Below, piece by piece: positions 63,886 through 64,000 of a stretch of 64,000 nt of DNA. The number at the start of each line of letters is the position of its first letter. Position 1 is the first letter of the stretch. This DNA comes from Glaucostegus cemiculus (Eukaryota): NCBI GenBank assembly GCA_976551045.1, contig CDPCPM010000207.1:4898001-4962000 (forward strand). Reading direction: 5' to 3'. A model generated the notes under the pieces. It was not told where the DNA came from. It saw only the letters and a program-made list of their open reading frames with translations, and searched no databases. The translations under genes and the position numbers were made by a program.

Positions 63886-64000
63886 CCGCCGATGTGAGAT
63901 CTGCCTCTTGCTCTGCGTGTGAAGTCTCTGTCTGCGTCTTTCCAAATCTCTCCAATCTCTAGCCTCAACCTTCCTCTTGCGCAGCCCCGCGCTGACGTCA
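63886..64000 (-). ncRNA. candidate first exon / TSS region of the miR-9 host transcript
   Basis: Purine-rich, CpG-rich minus-strand segment that follows a CRE and ends in donor CGG|GTAGGT (63885-63880). Same strand as miR-9, about 8.3 kb upstream. Confidence 0.45.
63993..64000. promoter_or_regulatory. full palindromic cAMP response element (CREB/ATF)
   Basis: TGACGTCA in a GC/CpG-rich context at the window edge. Confidence 0.7.

Larger units (their letters stand above)
62950..64000. promoter_or_regulatory. CpG-island-like promoter region
   Basis: Highest GC and CpG density in the window by eye, with G-run clusters and the CRE; probably continues past the window end. Confidence 0.75.

Noticed and set aside
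63089-63955. 120-aa and 106-aa minus-strand ORFs in the CpG island
   Set aside because: Low-complexity Pro/Arg-rich translations typical of stop-poor GC-rich DNA; no recognised homology.

Overview
Non-coding, AT-rich vertebrate DNA. The repeat content (V-domain/HE1-type SINEs, Deu-domain SacSINE1-type SINEs, CR1, L2, Rex1 and Tx1 LINE ends) points to a cartilaginous fish, probably a ray or shark. I found no host protein-coding exon; the ORFs with recognisable similarity are decayed LINE fragments. The one unambiguous gene is a miR-9 hairpin on the minus strand (55550-55638) with exact 5p and 3p mature sequences. It appears to lie inside an exon of a spliced minus-strand host transcript, with acceptors at 55785 and 55688 and a donor at 55422. 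A candidate first exon and promoter with a perfect CRE sit at the right edge, and a REST/RE1-like site lies at 61802. From about 52.7 kb to the end the DNA is CpG-retaining and nearly repeat-free, resembling a methylation valley. The left 52 kb is a gene desert of old and nested transposons with several motif-dense islands that look like neural enhancers. Repeat family names are from recall of consensus sequences rather than a database search, and repeat boundaries are approximate. I see no evidence for a wholly new biological system; the best leads concern miR-9 host-gene architecture and regulation.
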